In this document: piece by piece, positions 40,454 through 52,626 of the stretch
How positions within the stretch are numbered: the first letter of the stretch is position 1
Layout: every line of letters starts with the position of its first letter
From: Hamiltosporidium tvaerminnensis FI-OER-3-3
Taxonomy: Eukaryota; Fungi; Microsporidia
Direction: 5' to 3'
Assembly (NCBI GenBank): GCA_022605425.2
Contig: CM061253.1
Span: forward strand, 434,001 to 498,000
DNA length: 64,000 nt
Notes under the pieces: generated by a model
Told to the model about the DNA's origin: nothing
The model's input: the letters and a program-made list of their open reading frames with translations, nothing else
Databases searched by the model: none
Program-made: the position numbers and the translations under genes

Positions 40454-41700
40454 ATATTAATCATTCCATGATAGAAGACTTTGATCAAAAGACCGAAGAA
40501 TGCAAATCGATAAGAACAATTTTTGTAATGATAGTAGCCAAAAAAGTGATAAGAAGGCTATAATTGATTTTATATTGAATGAAAAGAATTCTCACAAAAC
40601 AGAATTTTATGTTCTGAAAGATTCACCAATTAAAATCTTATTAGGGAATGAATTTCTGATAAATAATAAGGCTGTTCTTGGTTTTAAAGATAAGAAACTA
40701 ACTATTTATGGCGTCATGTATAATTTAGTTGGATCTGAAAAAGATACTGAAGAATTAATGGATAAAAGGCTAATTAATAACATTTGCGCTACAACAAACG
40801 TTGAGGAATTAAAAATGTTTCTAAAAAGAATAATTCTAACAAAAATAAATGCAAATCAATTTTAAATATAAAAGCCATGCTCAAAATAATTGATAAGATA
40901 GTTAAGAAATGTATGAAATGTTCAAAATATAATACCAATCTATTTAAAAAAGACAAATCGAATCGTATTGAATCAGAAGGTAGGTTTAAAAGAGTTAGCA
41001 CTGATATTTTTGGTTCATTTAATTTATCCGATTATAATCATCATGAAAAAACAGACCTTTGGTACCTTTTGACAATTACAGATATTTATTCTAGAATAAC
41101 AAAAATCTATTTTTTGTATAATCTTAAACTAAACATATTATAAATTCTATAAATGACTGGATTACTAAATTTAAAAGCTCGAAAATAATCATAGGCGATA
41201 ATGGAAGACAATTTATTAGTACTGAAATGAAAGAATATTTGAACAGACCAAAAATAAAAGTTACTCATTCCCATTTATAGTCCTGTATCAAATGGCACCT
41301 CATAAAAAAAAACAAAACACAATCTTTTGTATTCTCAATTAACAAAAACAAAGATATAAATGAAGTTGCCAAGGGAATTGAAAATACAAAAAATTTAAAT
41401 TATAATTCAAGTTTGAAATGTTCTCCCTATAGTATTATTCAAGAATATTCTATTTACAATCCATTAAGAAGACGGGTAGAGTATGATTGTATACAACATA
41501 ACAATATTTATCCTAATAGATCCAAACTCGCACTAGGAGATATGGTATATGTTAAGAAATATCTTTCAACGAAATTAGACAAAATGTATGTAGGAAGCAA
41601 GAAGTTTTGGATAATTAAAAAGGGTATTGGCTAAGATCGGTTGGATATAAACATTTTACCCATAAAAAAAATTTCAAAATTTGAAGAGGCGGAATGGAAT
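40454..41700 (+). mobile_element. Second Ty3/Gypsy relic (protease C-terminal half followed directly by integrase)
   Basis: FYVLKDSPIKILLGNEFL, KKCMKC, VSTDIFG, GDNGRQF, GDMVYVK and purine tract GAAGAGGCGGAA near 41683. Confidence 0.78.
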
Positions 41701-44700
41701 ATGATTTATATATCACAAAAACATAATATTTTTATTTTTTATTTTAAAATTAAAAAAGAGGTGTGTCAAGATTAATAAAACCAATAAAGACAATTATTTT
41801 ATTTCAAAAACAACTCTTTTCATAATAAAAAAGGAACTGTGAGCAGGAAGACGATCTCCTTGTTAGAGACTAACTTCAAACTTAGCTGCTTTCCAGACAA
41901 TTACGGCAACCACAAATGTATAAAAAATGGAACATAAGAAAAATACATTTAAATTCAATTTTTTTTATTTGGTAGTAATTTTTCTTAATTCGATTTTTCT
42001 GATATTTTTTGAATTCTTTCTTGCTTTAAATTTTTTTCATTTCTTTTTATTACTCTTTTAAATTAGTTTCAATATTTTTATTTAATATATTTAAATTTTC
42101 TTTGTTAAAAAAGATCTCATTTTATTAAATTTTTTTTATTTATCTCAAAATATATATTTCTCCGCCAAAAAACGCTTGAAGACAGTTTTTTTTGTAACCT
42201 GATCCGATTTAGAAGGTATGATAATCTGCTGGATTCTACTCTTGATCATGGTAAAATTCACCAGGTAAGGGGGGAGGGGGGGCAGATTGGAGCGGGGGAG
42301 GAGGTGTCAATATAAAATACGACAATAGATAACGTTATTACTCTTTTAATGTTTTGAAATTAAAAATTTTAAGATTTATACCTTAGATTTTAAATATCCT
42401 AACTTGTCTGAATGTTGCAATTCAATATCCTTCCAAGAAATTATCGAATGACGCATATGTCTAGGTTTTCTTGTTATTTTTCGGCCCAAAAATATTCTGA
42501 AATAATTACAATGATTAATAATCATTTTTTTATTATATTCAAATTTTGATTAATTGCTCAATAAAATACCTAAATAATTAGTATTGTTTTTAATATTAAA
42601 AGAATAACTACTTTAACAAGCTTGTACTAATAATCTTGATCTATAATAAATAAATTTTAATTGGCAAATGAAAAGTTCAAGACATTCTATATAATTATGT
42701 TATTTAATTAAGGATTGTATGAGATAAGTCAATTAGTTAAAAAATTTAAAAACGCTCATATAAAGTTTCTAGATTAGATTATTTTGAAAAAAGATAAAAA
42801 ACTAATAAATGTGTAAATAATTATTCGAATTCGAATTCTAAACAATATCGAATTGTTTAATAACAACTATTCTAGTTCGTATACATGTTATTGTCTATTA
42901 AATGTTTGATAAGACGTTGCCATTGAAATATTATAAAAAACCTCTTTTATATTTACAATCAGAGTAAAATTTATACCCAAGTTTTTTTTCCGCCTTTATT
43001 CTAAAAACTAAATATAATTATAAAGTTTAAAATATTTGATTTGTTCTGGATTAACTTTATTTCAAACAATTTTATATCGAAGTGGTACCAAATTTGTATT
43101 TTTTTTGTTATTTATGATACAATTGCTACCAAAAAAAAATTTGGAATATTCTTTATTTACATTGATTTCCAAAAATAAATATAATAACAGCCTAGAACGA
43201 ATACTAAGTACAAATTTTCCTTATTCGGACATAAATTTCATTCAAAAAAAGTATTTATACGTCGAAAAACCCCATATTTTATGAATAATCCAAAGGAAAT
43301 ACTATCTGTTTATTAAGCAGATACCGAGAAATTAGTAGAGTCTTTCTGAAATGAAATCATTCATCTGTTGATCGGATAGTATAAGCCTTAAAAGATTATA
43401 ATTAATGGCTTATTGTATCAGAAAATGGTCTGATAGTAAATGAAATAGAAAAATAAATAGTCTCTGTTAATGTTGTCGAAAATATGAAAATATTTGGCAA
43501 TAAAGGTGTCATAGCCTGTGTAAAAAGACAAGACCTTGGATTTAAACACGTGCTATACGCTTTGAGAATTTTGATTTTCAATTTTTTATGATGATAATTA
43601 ACAAAGAAAAAAAATTCATCGAAGGAAGAACAGGTATCAAAAAAGTAAAAAGATTACGGAACTCAAAACAAAATGAAGTCAATTTGAAAAAAAAAACGAA
43701 ACATGAATGAAGAATCAATACATGTATTTGTGTTATGGATATATAATATCGGACTCGGCTATCTAAAAATGTATTTTAATTTTGGTACAAGTTTATCTTT
43801 TGGGGTTTATAGAAAATTGAGGGAAATTATAATTTATTGGAATAAAAAGATGAAGAAAAAAGCTCGGAGAAAGAAAAGTTTCAAATAAGCTATTAAAAAG
43901 GCGGAAAAATGATACACTCAAGAAACATAGCGAATTTAAATTATTTGTCGAAAAGAGATATTTAAACTAAGAAAAGCGGGAAAGTTAATCTTTAAAGATC
44001 GATTCCTCTGTAAATGAGCCGGAAATCAGATAATAATACCTAATGGCCTTGATTTTTACCGGAAGTACCTTTTTGTTTAATAGTATACATATGATTTAAT
44101 TGAAAAAAAAACTTGAGAAAACTGAACTTTTATAAAATAATATCGAAAAGAAAAAGCAATAGATATCATATTCCAAAATAATGCTGACAACAAAGAAAAA
44201 TGTATGAAATTTCATAAAAAAACATATGCCATTCTTTGCAGATTTCTAGTCAATAAAAACAAGTCATATAGATTTTAGTAAAGCTAGAATTTATTATCTG
44301 AATATTGAAAAACATATGAAGTTTATGGAACGAGAAAAATGTCTAAAATCCTTAACTGTAAAGACAAGAAAATAATCATAAGAACTTTTCATTCGCTTCA
44401 AAAATTCATTTAAACGTCAGTTAAAATTTATATTTAATCTACACAATACCTCCAACATTAACGACTTGTTGTTTGCATAAATTCTATGATCAATAAAACT
44501 CGGATTTCTAGGATAACTCTATAAATTATATAACAACAGTATTACGTTAGAAATAATCGGTATATGTTTGTATTCTCACAGACCGAAAGATTTATTATAG
44601 GAATGGAATGTAATATTTCTTACCAACTAAAAAAATAAAGATATTTTTAATTGTTATCATTCTAGATTTTATTAGTTCTTTTTTCCAAATTTGGTTTTGA

Positions 44701-45837
44701 TTATCAAAACTAATAATAAAGATTCCTAAAGGTTTTTCGGAAAAAAAATAAGAATATTCTATTTCTCCCTAGAATTTCGTAGGCCTAACTAATATTTTTC
44801 GGGTGAAGCCTTTTCATGATAAAAATTATGTTTTAGCTATTTTTTGAAATTTTTGCGCAAATTTTATGTAAATCACAACTAAAATTTAGAAAAGGGTCAT
44901 TTGTTTATTCTTTTATCTTCAAACTAGGTTTATATTTTAGCAATTAGAAGCCTTAAAACATTTTCTATTACTTCTTTGAAATTACACGCTCTTAAATCAT
45001 AAAAACAGAAAGGTTGAGCAAAATCCTTCTTATTATGATGAATACTAGTTAATTTGGAAATATTAGCTAGGTTTTTACCTTAAACTATAGTTCTTTTTGA
45101 AAAATATTATAATCTCATTTTTAATTTCAAAATTTTCAAAAGATTTGATTAAAAAAACCTATAAATCGGAAGAAAAAACAGAGACTTTAGTATCATTATA
45201 ATGATTTATTAATGAATCAATATATTAATCTAGATTTGCAAAAAAAATTATTTTAAATTATTTAAAGCTAATAAACCCAAAAAAATATAGAACCTAAAAA
45301 TAATTACCCAAGAAGTCTAAATTCAAATAGAATATAATATCTGAACGGTTTAAAAGTGGTAAAGCCAAGGCAAATAAATATATTATTAAGTCATTACAAA
45401 GCTAACTGAAATTTTTGGCGGTTTCAAACGAATTAAGCTGTAATTTACGTTTTTTATTCTTTTATTTTCGCTTCTGGTTATCTACAGATAAAAAGGATAC
45501 CATAATGAAATACTTATAAAAGCATTTTATAACAGAAACAAAATAAGAATAAATATAAGAAAAATTTAAGAGTAATTAAGTTGAATATAAATAAAGATAT
45601 TTCTAGATTTTTTTGATGAAATAGGATTTGCAAAAAAAATTTTACTTATCCTGAGAAAGTTTATATATTTCATATCACAAGGAATTATTGAAATTCAATA
45701 AAACTTTCTTGTGAAATAAGATTTATTTAAAAATATTTTTCTTTTGCAATTTATTAAATTTAAATGCTGGTCTCTGTGATGGAATACGTATAATTAATGT
45801 TTTTTTTGGTTACTAGAAGTAAATTTATGTAAAAAAC

Positions 45838-46553
45838 ATTTATTTAAAAGTATCACATCTTTTTAAAATAGTGGCAAGTGTTATATTTGTTTTTATGACA
45901 TTAACGCAGTTCTAGGTTTAACATAAATGACTGCTACCCCAACACTCCATCGGTAACCCCTGCGATACCTACGTCCCAAAGCCTTTCATCTACCAGGTGT
46001 GTAGAACCTAATTAATAGGCGAGGCAATTGCCCGGAGTTCGTTAATGTCCGTTGCATGGTGTGTGATCGAAGGCCGAAGCCCCCCTGGGCTCCCCCAAGA
46101 CTTGCAGCATTCCCACTTACTCTACACTTTCTGAACCCAATAAACTTCTGCCAAATATATTTCGACTTACATGGGGTCCCCTGACGTGCATGTCATACCA
46201 CGGTTAACCTGCTACTTAGCTCTCCCGGCTTTAAATGGTTTTTTGTTTTATATTTCCCAGGCGCTAAGTCTTCTAACCCGAGTGAGAAAGGCTAGGTTTC
46301 CATGCTTTTACATGGCAATTACCTACATGTTCAGCTGCGGTCTGCAATCTGGTTACATAAAAAACTACAAATAAATTTGTAGAAAAAGTTTCTCCATTTC
46401 TTAGACCTCTCCTCCTCCTAAAAACTCCCATGAAACAACCGAAGATATAGTGTGGTTTTATTCCCACCAAAAATCCAAACAATGATCTCACCTCAGTTTC
46501 ACACACACATTGCCAAGCAGAAAGTTTTTTATGTGGTTATCCTCCCTCCACCC
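45838..46553 (-). mobile_element. ~720-nt structured non-coding repeat, copy 2, with target-site duplication
   Basis: Colinear with 5977-6704; flanked by the direct repeat AGTAAATTTATGTA at 45818-45831 and 46554-46567. Confidence 0.88.
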
Positions 46554-47467
46554 AGTAAATTTATGTATAAATCTATCTCTTTGTAATCTTAAAGCCGAAC
46601 CGTAGTTTAAATATTTATTTTTTTAGTATCTCTAAGAAATTTGAAGCTGAATTCTAAATTTAAATCAACTCTTTTCTTTCTGTATTATTAGTTAGGCTAG
46701 AAACTTCAAATATCTTTATTACCGAAAATATGGGTTTAAAAATGAATATAATTATTAAAAGTTATCGAGTTTAACTTTGTATTTATAAAATACATGAAAA
46801 CGTTACTAAAAAAATATCCTTTCCTTTAAAATTTATACGAGTTGCTATTTTTTTACAATTCAGCGTTTTAATTGAAGTAAAAAAACATATAAAGAAATAT
46901 AAGCAAGCTCTTTATATTGCAGGAATGCCGTATAAAAACCAAAAATTTACCCGAAAACACCAATATATCGCTGCAATGAAATTTTAAAACACGGGAAGAG
47001 GTTATTCATGAGAAGATTTAATAGATTTAGCTTTTCAAGTACATTAGGATTATGTATTTCAACACTATTTGACCTAAATTTCGTTAATATTTCTAAAAGG
47101 ATAATGAGTTTCTAAACCTTAGCAAGCAATAAAAAAATATTCTGTGAAATTTAGTTTAGTAAATTTGTACCAATTTTCCTTAATCAAAAACCAAGTGTGG
47201 AACTTATAAGTTAAACAACCTTATCAAAGATAATTAAATAATAATTTTAAAAATAAATTTCGAAACATATATGTCTTTATCTTTTATAAAATTCTAAAAT
47301 ATCTTCTAATATCTTTTTTGGTTTAGCACTGAATTTATCGCAAAATTGTTTCTTGTTTGTTATTTTACAAAATACTATATTTAATATAAAAAAAAGCTTT
47401 TTAAAAGCCGAAAATAAGTCGGGTATGGAGATATTACATTCTTTTGCGAATATATTTTATTTTTTAA

Positions 47468-48154
47468 AGAAAAAAGAATTTCCACGTTAAAAAACTATCT
47501 TCTTAGCAATAATCAGCGTTTAGTCTGTGTATAAATAATTCTTCAAATTTTTGGTATAAAAATCACACCATTGCATTTAGTTTTCACATGAGAATATATG
47601 TTAAAGTGTTTGCTAAGTTCAATATATTAACGAAAATTTTTCTTAAAACCTGGAACCTTGTTTTTAAGAAAATTAGATTGTAAACTACGAATATTCTTCT
47701 AGAAGTACTCCTAAAACCGTAAAGCCTAGCCTTGTTCAGTTGAGTTAAAATATTTGCCGCCTAAAAGTTTGGGGGAAAACATACGCATCAGAAAGATAGG
47801 AATAATAAGTAACACGATACACTTACTGGCATGCCATTGTACAGTCTATATGGATTTTATACAGGGCGCCGATATACATCTTAGAAGTCTTTTCAGCTCG
47901 GCATTGTAGAGTAAGTGAGAATTCTGCTGGTCTTAAAAGAATCAAGGTTGGTTTGGATCTGATACACTCTAAGAAACAGATCATTTATTTAATGAGTTAT
48001 ACTCGTATCTTATATAAAAAGCTAGGAAATATGGATATCTAAAGAAAACCGATGGTGCATTGAGCCAGCTGTCATATATTTTTACCCAGAGTGCACAATG
48101 AAATTTAAAAAATATAATATATACCGCGCTTTAAAAGAGTTGATTTCAATAAAT
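47468..48154 (+). mobile_element. Old diverged full-length copy of the structured repeat
   Basis: CCACGTTAAAAAACTATCTTCTTAGCAAT, CCTAGCCTTGTTCAGTTGAGTTA, TGTAGAGTAAGTGAGAA and ACCGATGGTGCATTGAGCCAGCTGTCAT occur in family order; ends AATAAAT. Confidence 0.78.
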
Positions 48155-48759
48155 AGACTATCAAACCATTATGATTTTCAAATTGTAGAATTTTTTTCTT
48201 TTGAATATATTATTTAGTATCTAATAAATTCTAAATTCAAAAACCGTGTATTTAATCTATGTATACTATTCTACAATTATACAATTAATTAGTATAGTAA
48301 ATTAGAGTATTTACTGTCTTATTATGTTATTGTAATCTTAGCTATTTTGAACAATCATTTTATTAATTCTTGTTTGATTAACCAATATTCAAAAAAGATA
48401 GAGTAATTAGATTGTAAAACTACAAGCTAGTACTTCCTTTAAAGCCTATCATTTTCCACCTTTTTTCATAACAATTAAATAAATGCACCCATATGTATAA
48501 CTAATATATGATTTACCATTATTTAATTTAATTAATAAACTATATATGTAAGATTAAAATTACTAATATATCTTTATATATTATCCATAAGATGACAGAC
48601 AATATCTTATAAGTTATTTATTAAAACCAATAAAATATATTATAATTCATTCTAAAGTTAAAATGATATATATTCTGTGTTTCTTGTTATTAAACCCAAA
48701 AAATTCATTGAAAAATAAATATTTGCAACAAAAAAATATTTTAATAAAAGAATAAGAAC

Positions 48760-48989
48760 TTTATTTAAAAGTATCACATCTTTTTAAAATAGTGGCAAGT
48801 GTTATATTTGTTTTTATGACATTAACGCAGTTCTAGGTTTAACATAAATGACTGCTACCCCAACACTCCATCGGTAACCCCTGCGATACCTACGTCCCAA
48901 AGCCTTTCATCTCGTGTGTAGAACCTAATTAATAGGGGGGGAGTTCCCCGGATTTCTTTAATTTCCTTTGTATGGAGTTTAAAAGAAGC

Positions 48990-48990
<1 letters not shown>
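48760..48990 (-). mobile_element. 3' part of a young copy of the structured repeat, running into low-quality sequence
   Basis: Identical to 45840-45991 for about 150 nt, then progressively corrupted. Confidence 0.85.
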
Positions 48991-49466
<476 letters not shown>

Positions 49467-49616
49467 TAAATTATAAAAAAAAATAACTTATAATAACTTG
49501 GGTCAACTTCTATTAAATATTTTATTTTTATTTTTATTTATTCTTTTATTTTCTTAGTATTACTTTCATTCTTACTCTTACTATCATAAGAAATACATAT
49601 TTCTTCATTTCTCTAT

Positions 49617-50102
49617 TTACTCTTTTATTTTCTTAGTATTACTTTCATTCTTACTCTTACTATCATAAGAAATACATATTTCTCTTCTAAGAATACCAAT
49701 AGCTTCTTTAATTTTACCATTTCTAATCTTTTCATTCCGTATCTTAAAATCAACACTTTGTAACATTAAATTTAAATAAAAAGATTTATTTACCAACATA
49801 TTAATATTATGTGTAACAATCTCATGTTTCTTTAAATGCTTGTTTAACGCATCAGATCGTGTATACGACTTATCACACTGATTACACTTAAATGGCCTAT
49901 CACCAGTATGTCTCTTTACATGTGCTTGTACTGTATATTTAGAAAACTGCTTTTCTCCATATTTCTGACACTCGAGCCACAAACACATGTACGTGTCAGA
50001 CTGCTTTTCTATGTGTGTGTTGACATGAAGTGTTAGATCATTTGAATCTTTTGCTTTGTATTTACAGTCTAGCCAATTGCATTCCAACCAATTACATTCC
50101 AT
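49617..50102 (-). CDS. C2H2 zinc-finger transcription factor with tandem CWCH2 fingers (GLI/ZIC/PacC-Rim101-like)
   Basis: CNWLDC..H...H, CLWLEC..H...H, TGDRPF linker, CNQC..H...H; CCC motif upstream (GGG at 50114-50116 on +). Confidence 0.92.
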   Translation of the reverse strand: MECNWLECNWLDCKYKAKDSNDLTLHVNTHIEKQSDTYMCLWLECQKYGEKQFSKYTVQAHVKRHTGDRPFKCNQCDKSYTRSDALNKHLKKHEIVTHNINMLVNKSFYLNLMLQSVDFKIRNEKIRNGKIKEAIGILRREICISYDSKSKNESNTKKIKE

Positions 50103-50159
50103 CTTTTTTTAGTGGGCAAGAAAAATTAATAAAAAAAATGTGGAGATATTATTAGTAGA

Positions 50160-50520
50160 AAGATACTAGAAGGATTAAGATCGATAGAGACAAGGTGGTA
50201 GAGTATTAGAAGGATATAGAAGTAGGAAATAGAAGTAGAATACTAGAAAAATTAAGATCGATAGAGACAAGGTGTTAGAGTATTAGAAGGATATAGAAGT
50301 AGGAAATAGAAGTAGAATACTAGAAAAATTAAGATCGATAGAGACAAGGTGGTAGAGTATTAGAAGGATATAGAAGTAGAAAGATACTAGAAGTAGGAAA
50401 TAGAAGTAGAATACTAGAAGGATTAAGATCGATAGAGACAAGGTGGTAGAGTATTAGAAGGATATAGAAGTAGGAAATAGAAATAGGAAATAGAAGTAGA
50501 ATACTAGAAGAATATAAGTT
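50160..50520. repeat. Purine-rich minisatellite, four copies of about 77 bp
   Basis: TCGATAGAGACAAGG recurs at 50181, 50258, 50335 and 50429. Confidence 0.9.
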
Positions 50521-50750
50521 GTAGGATATAGAAGTAGAATATAAGATATAAGATAAGATATAATATAAGATATAATATAAGCATTATTTAGTAAAAATTA
50601 TAATCAAGAAAATATTTTTTTTTTTAAAATCTGTTGTTTCCCTCCAAAATATTTATATAAACTCATTAAAAAGGAAATAGTTGTTTCCTATCCCTATACC
50701 CCACCATCAAACTCTCTAATTATATCTTTATATTATTTTCTTTACCCTAG

Positions 50751-51353
50751 ATGGGAATAACAACAAATATCGTTTTAGTAGTTCTTTTCACAGAAATATC
50801 TTTATTTACAATTTTACTTTCACCTTTTACTTCTTTAAAAAAATCATTTGTAAATGTAACAAATTCTCTAACATTTGCTATTCGCCATATTTTAATGGCA
50901 ATATATTCAATGATATTTTTGCTATTTATAGATTCTCTGATAAAAATACTTAAAACGAAAAATGAAATGCCATATACTAACTATAATAGTGAGATATCTC
51001 ATACATATTACAGTAAGAATGTTTATTTAAGTTCTTTTACTTTATTTCTTGCTATAGTTTATAAAAGATTTACTATATTGTTGCTTAATCTGTATAAAGA
51101 AGAAGAGAAAGCAGAAGTATTAAAAAAACAAGCAATTAATCAAAAATCATATGTTAGTGAATTGGTATCTAAAAATGAAGAAAAGGAAGAAATTATTAAG
51201 AAGTTGTATAATGAAATTGAAAGTAAGAGTAAAGAAGTAAAATGTAGTGAAGTTTTAGTTAAACAGGCTAAAAATAATCAGGATGAGTATCTCAAGTTAC
51301 TTGAGAAGTATAATAAGTTGGTAGACTTAGTAGATAACAAGAAAAATAGGTAG
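50751..51353 (+). CDS. BAP31: BAP31/BAP29 (Yet3-like) ER membrane protein
   Basis: Three N-terminal TM helices, YYSKNVYLSSFTLFL motif, coiled coil ending KQAKNNQDEYLKLLEKY, C-terminal KKxx (KKNR); CCC at 50745-50747. Confidence 0.9.
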   Translation: MGITTNIVLVVLFTEISLFTILLSPFTSLKKSFVNVTNSLTFAIRHILMAIYSMIFLLFIDSLIKILKTKNEMPYTNYNSEISHTYYSKNVYLSSFTLFLAIVYKRFTILLLNLYKEEEKAEVLKKQAINQKSYVSELVSKNEEKEEIIKKLYNEIESKSKEVKCSEVLVKQAKNNQDEYLKLLEKYNKLVDLVDNKKNR

Positions 51354-51645
51354 TGAGTATTATGAGTATCTGGGTGTATGAGTACTAAGATTATAGGAGG
51401 AGTATTGATATTTGTATGGTTGATTAGGTATCTAAGTAGTATTAAAGTATGACTTATCTTTAATTTTATACATATTTTCCAATTTTCTAATTTAATAATT
51501 TTCCAATTTTATACATATTTTTCAATTTAATAATTTAATAATTTAATAATTTTCCAATTTTATACATATTTTCCAATTTAATAATTTAATAATTTAATAA
51601 TATATATCTTAGTATATTCGGTTTTTAGATTATCTCTTTATATTG

Positions 51646-51780
51646 ATATATTATATTTTAACAATCAATATACTAATAACTATCATATGTCTTATACCTA
51701 ATATATATTATATATTAAGTATTACGTAATATACGGTATAAGATAGTTATTTGTATATTGATTGTTAAAATAAAATATAT
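51646..51780. repeat. Imperfect inverted repeat of about 46 bp (foldback)
   Basis: ATTTTAACAATCAATATACTAATAACTATC..TTATACC is the reverse complement of GGTATAAGATAGTTATTTGTATATTGATTGTTAAAAT, apart from one substitution and a 7-nt insertion. Confidence 0.8.
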
Positions 51781-51849
51781 TTATTTGTATAAAAATAGAA
51801 AAAATAAGAAATAAATTTATAATTCTTAAAAAATATTAAATTTTAATTC

Positions 51850-51935
51850 AAATGAAATTCTGAATTAGAATTTCTTTATGGATTTATAAAATTATTTCTA
51901 CCTCTTTAACCACCATCGATTCTTCTTCTAAAAAA
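51850..51935 (-). mobile_element. Very short 3'-end relic of the R4-like LINE
   Basis: Reverse complement TTTAGAAGAAGAATCGATGGTGGTTAAAGAGGTAGAA matches the LINE C-terminal coding end. Confidence 0.6.
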
Positions 51936-52179
51936 AAGATTTAATAATCAATAAATTATATTATTAATCAAATATTATTAATCAAAATATAAAATAATAA
52001 AGTTATTAATGATAATTAATAAGTTATTATATATTATTTTGGTTGAGGTGATATTTGGGTTAGATTTACGTTTATGAATATTATCTTTATATTTTTATGT
52101 TATTCTATAGATTTATTTCTAAGATATAATATTGTAGGTGAAAACATGGTATTTGTGATTTGTTGCTTTTGTTTCTGAT

Positions 52180-52625
52180 TTCTAATTTCTAATTTCTGAT
52201 TTTATTTCTTATTTCTTATTTCTTATTTCTAATTTCTAATTTCTAATTTCTAATTGCTAATTTCTAATTTCTAATTTCTAATTTCTAATTTTTAATTTCT
52301 AATTTCTAATTTCTAATTTAATAATTTATAATTTATAATTTATAATTTATAATTTCTAATTTCTAATTTCTAATTTATAATTTATAATTTATAATTTCTA
52401 ATTTCTAATTTCTAATTTCTAATTTCTAATTTCTAATTTCTAATTCTAATTTCTAATTTATAATTTTAATTTCTAATTTCTAATTTCTAATTTCTAATTT
52501 ATAATTTATAATTTATAATTTCTAATTTCTAATTTCTAATTTCTAATTTCTAATTTCTAATTTCTAATTTAATAATTTACTAATTTACTAATTTACTAAT
52601 TTAATAATTTAATAATTTAATAATT
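52180..52625. repeat. Heptamer array (TAATTTC/TAATTTA)n
   Basis: About 60 tandem units directly visible. Confidence 0.97.
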
Positions 52626-52626
52626 C

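Noticed and set aside
42269-42325. G-quadruplex-like G-rich patch
   Set aside because: Followed by TGTC..GACA like the LTR starts, so more simply a polypurine tract of an LTR relic.
50160-50520. CRISPR-like periodicity (also 58605-58935)
   Set aside because: Whole units are repeated with no unique spacers; no cas genes; eukaryotic context.
52180-52625. Interstitial telomere ((TTAGAAA)n on the minus strand)
   Set aside because: No G-run, mixed units, internal position among housekeeping genes; better explained as a microsatellite.
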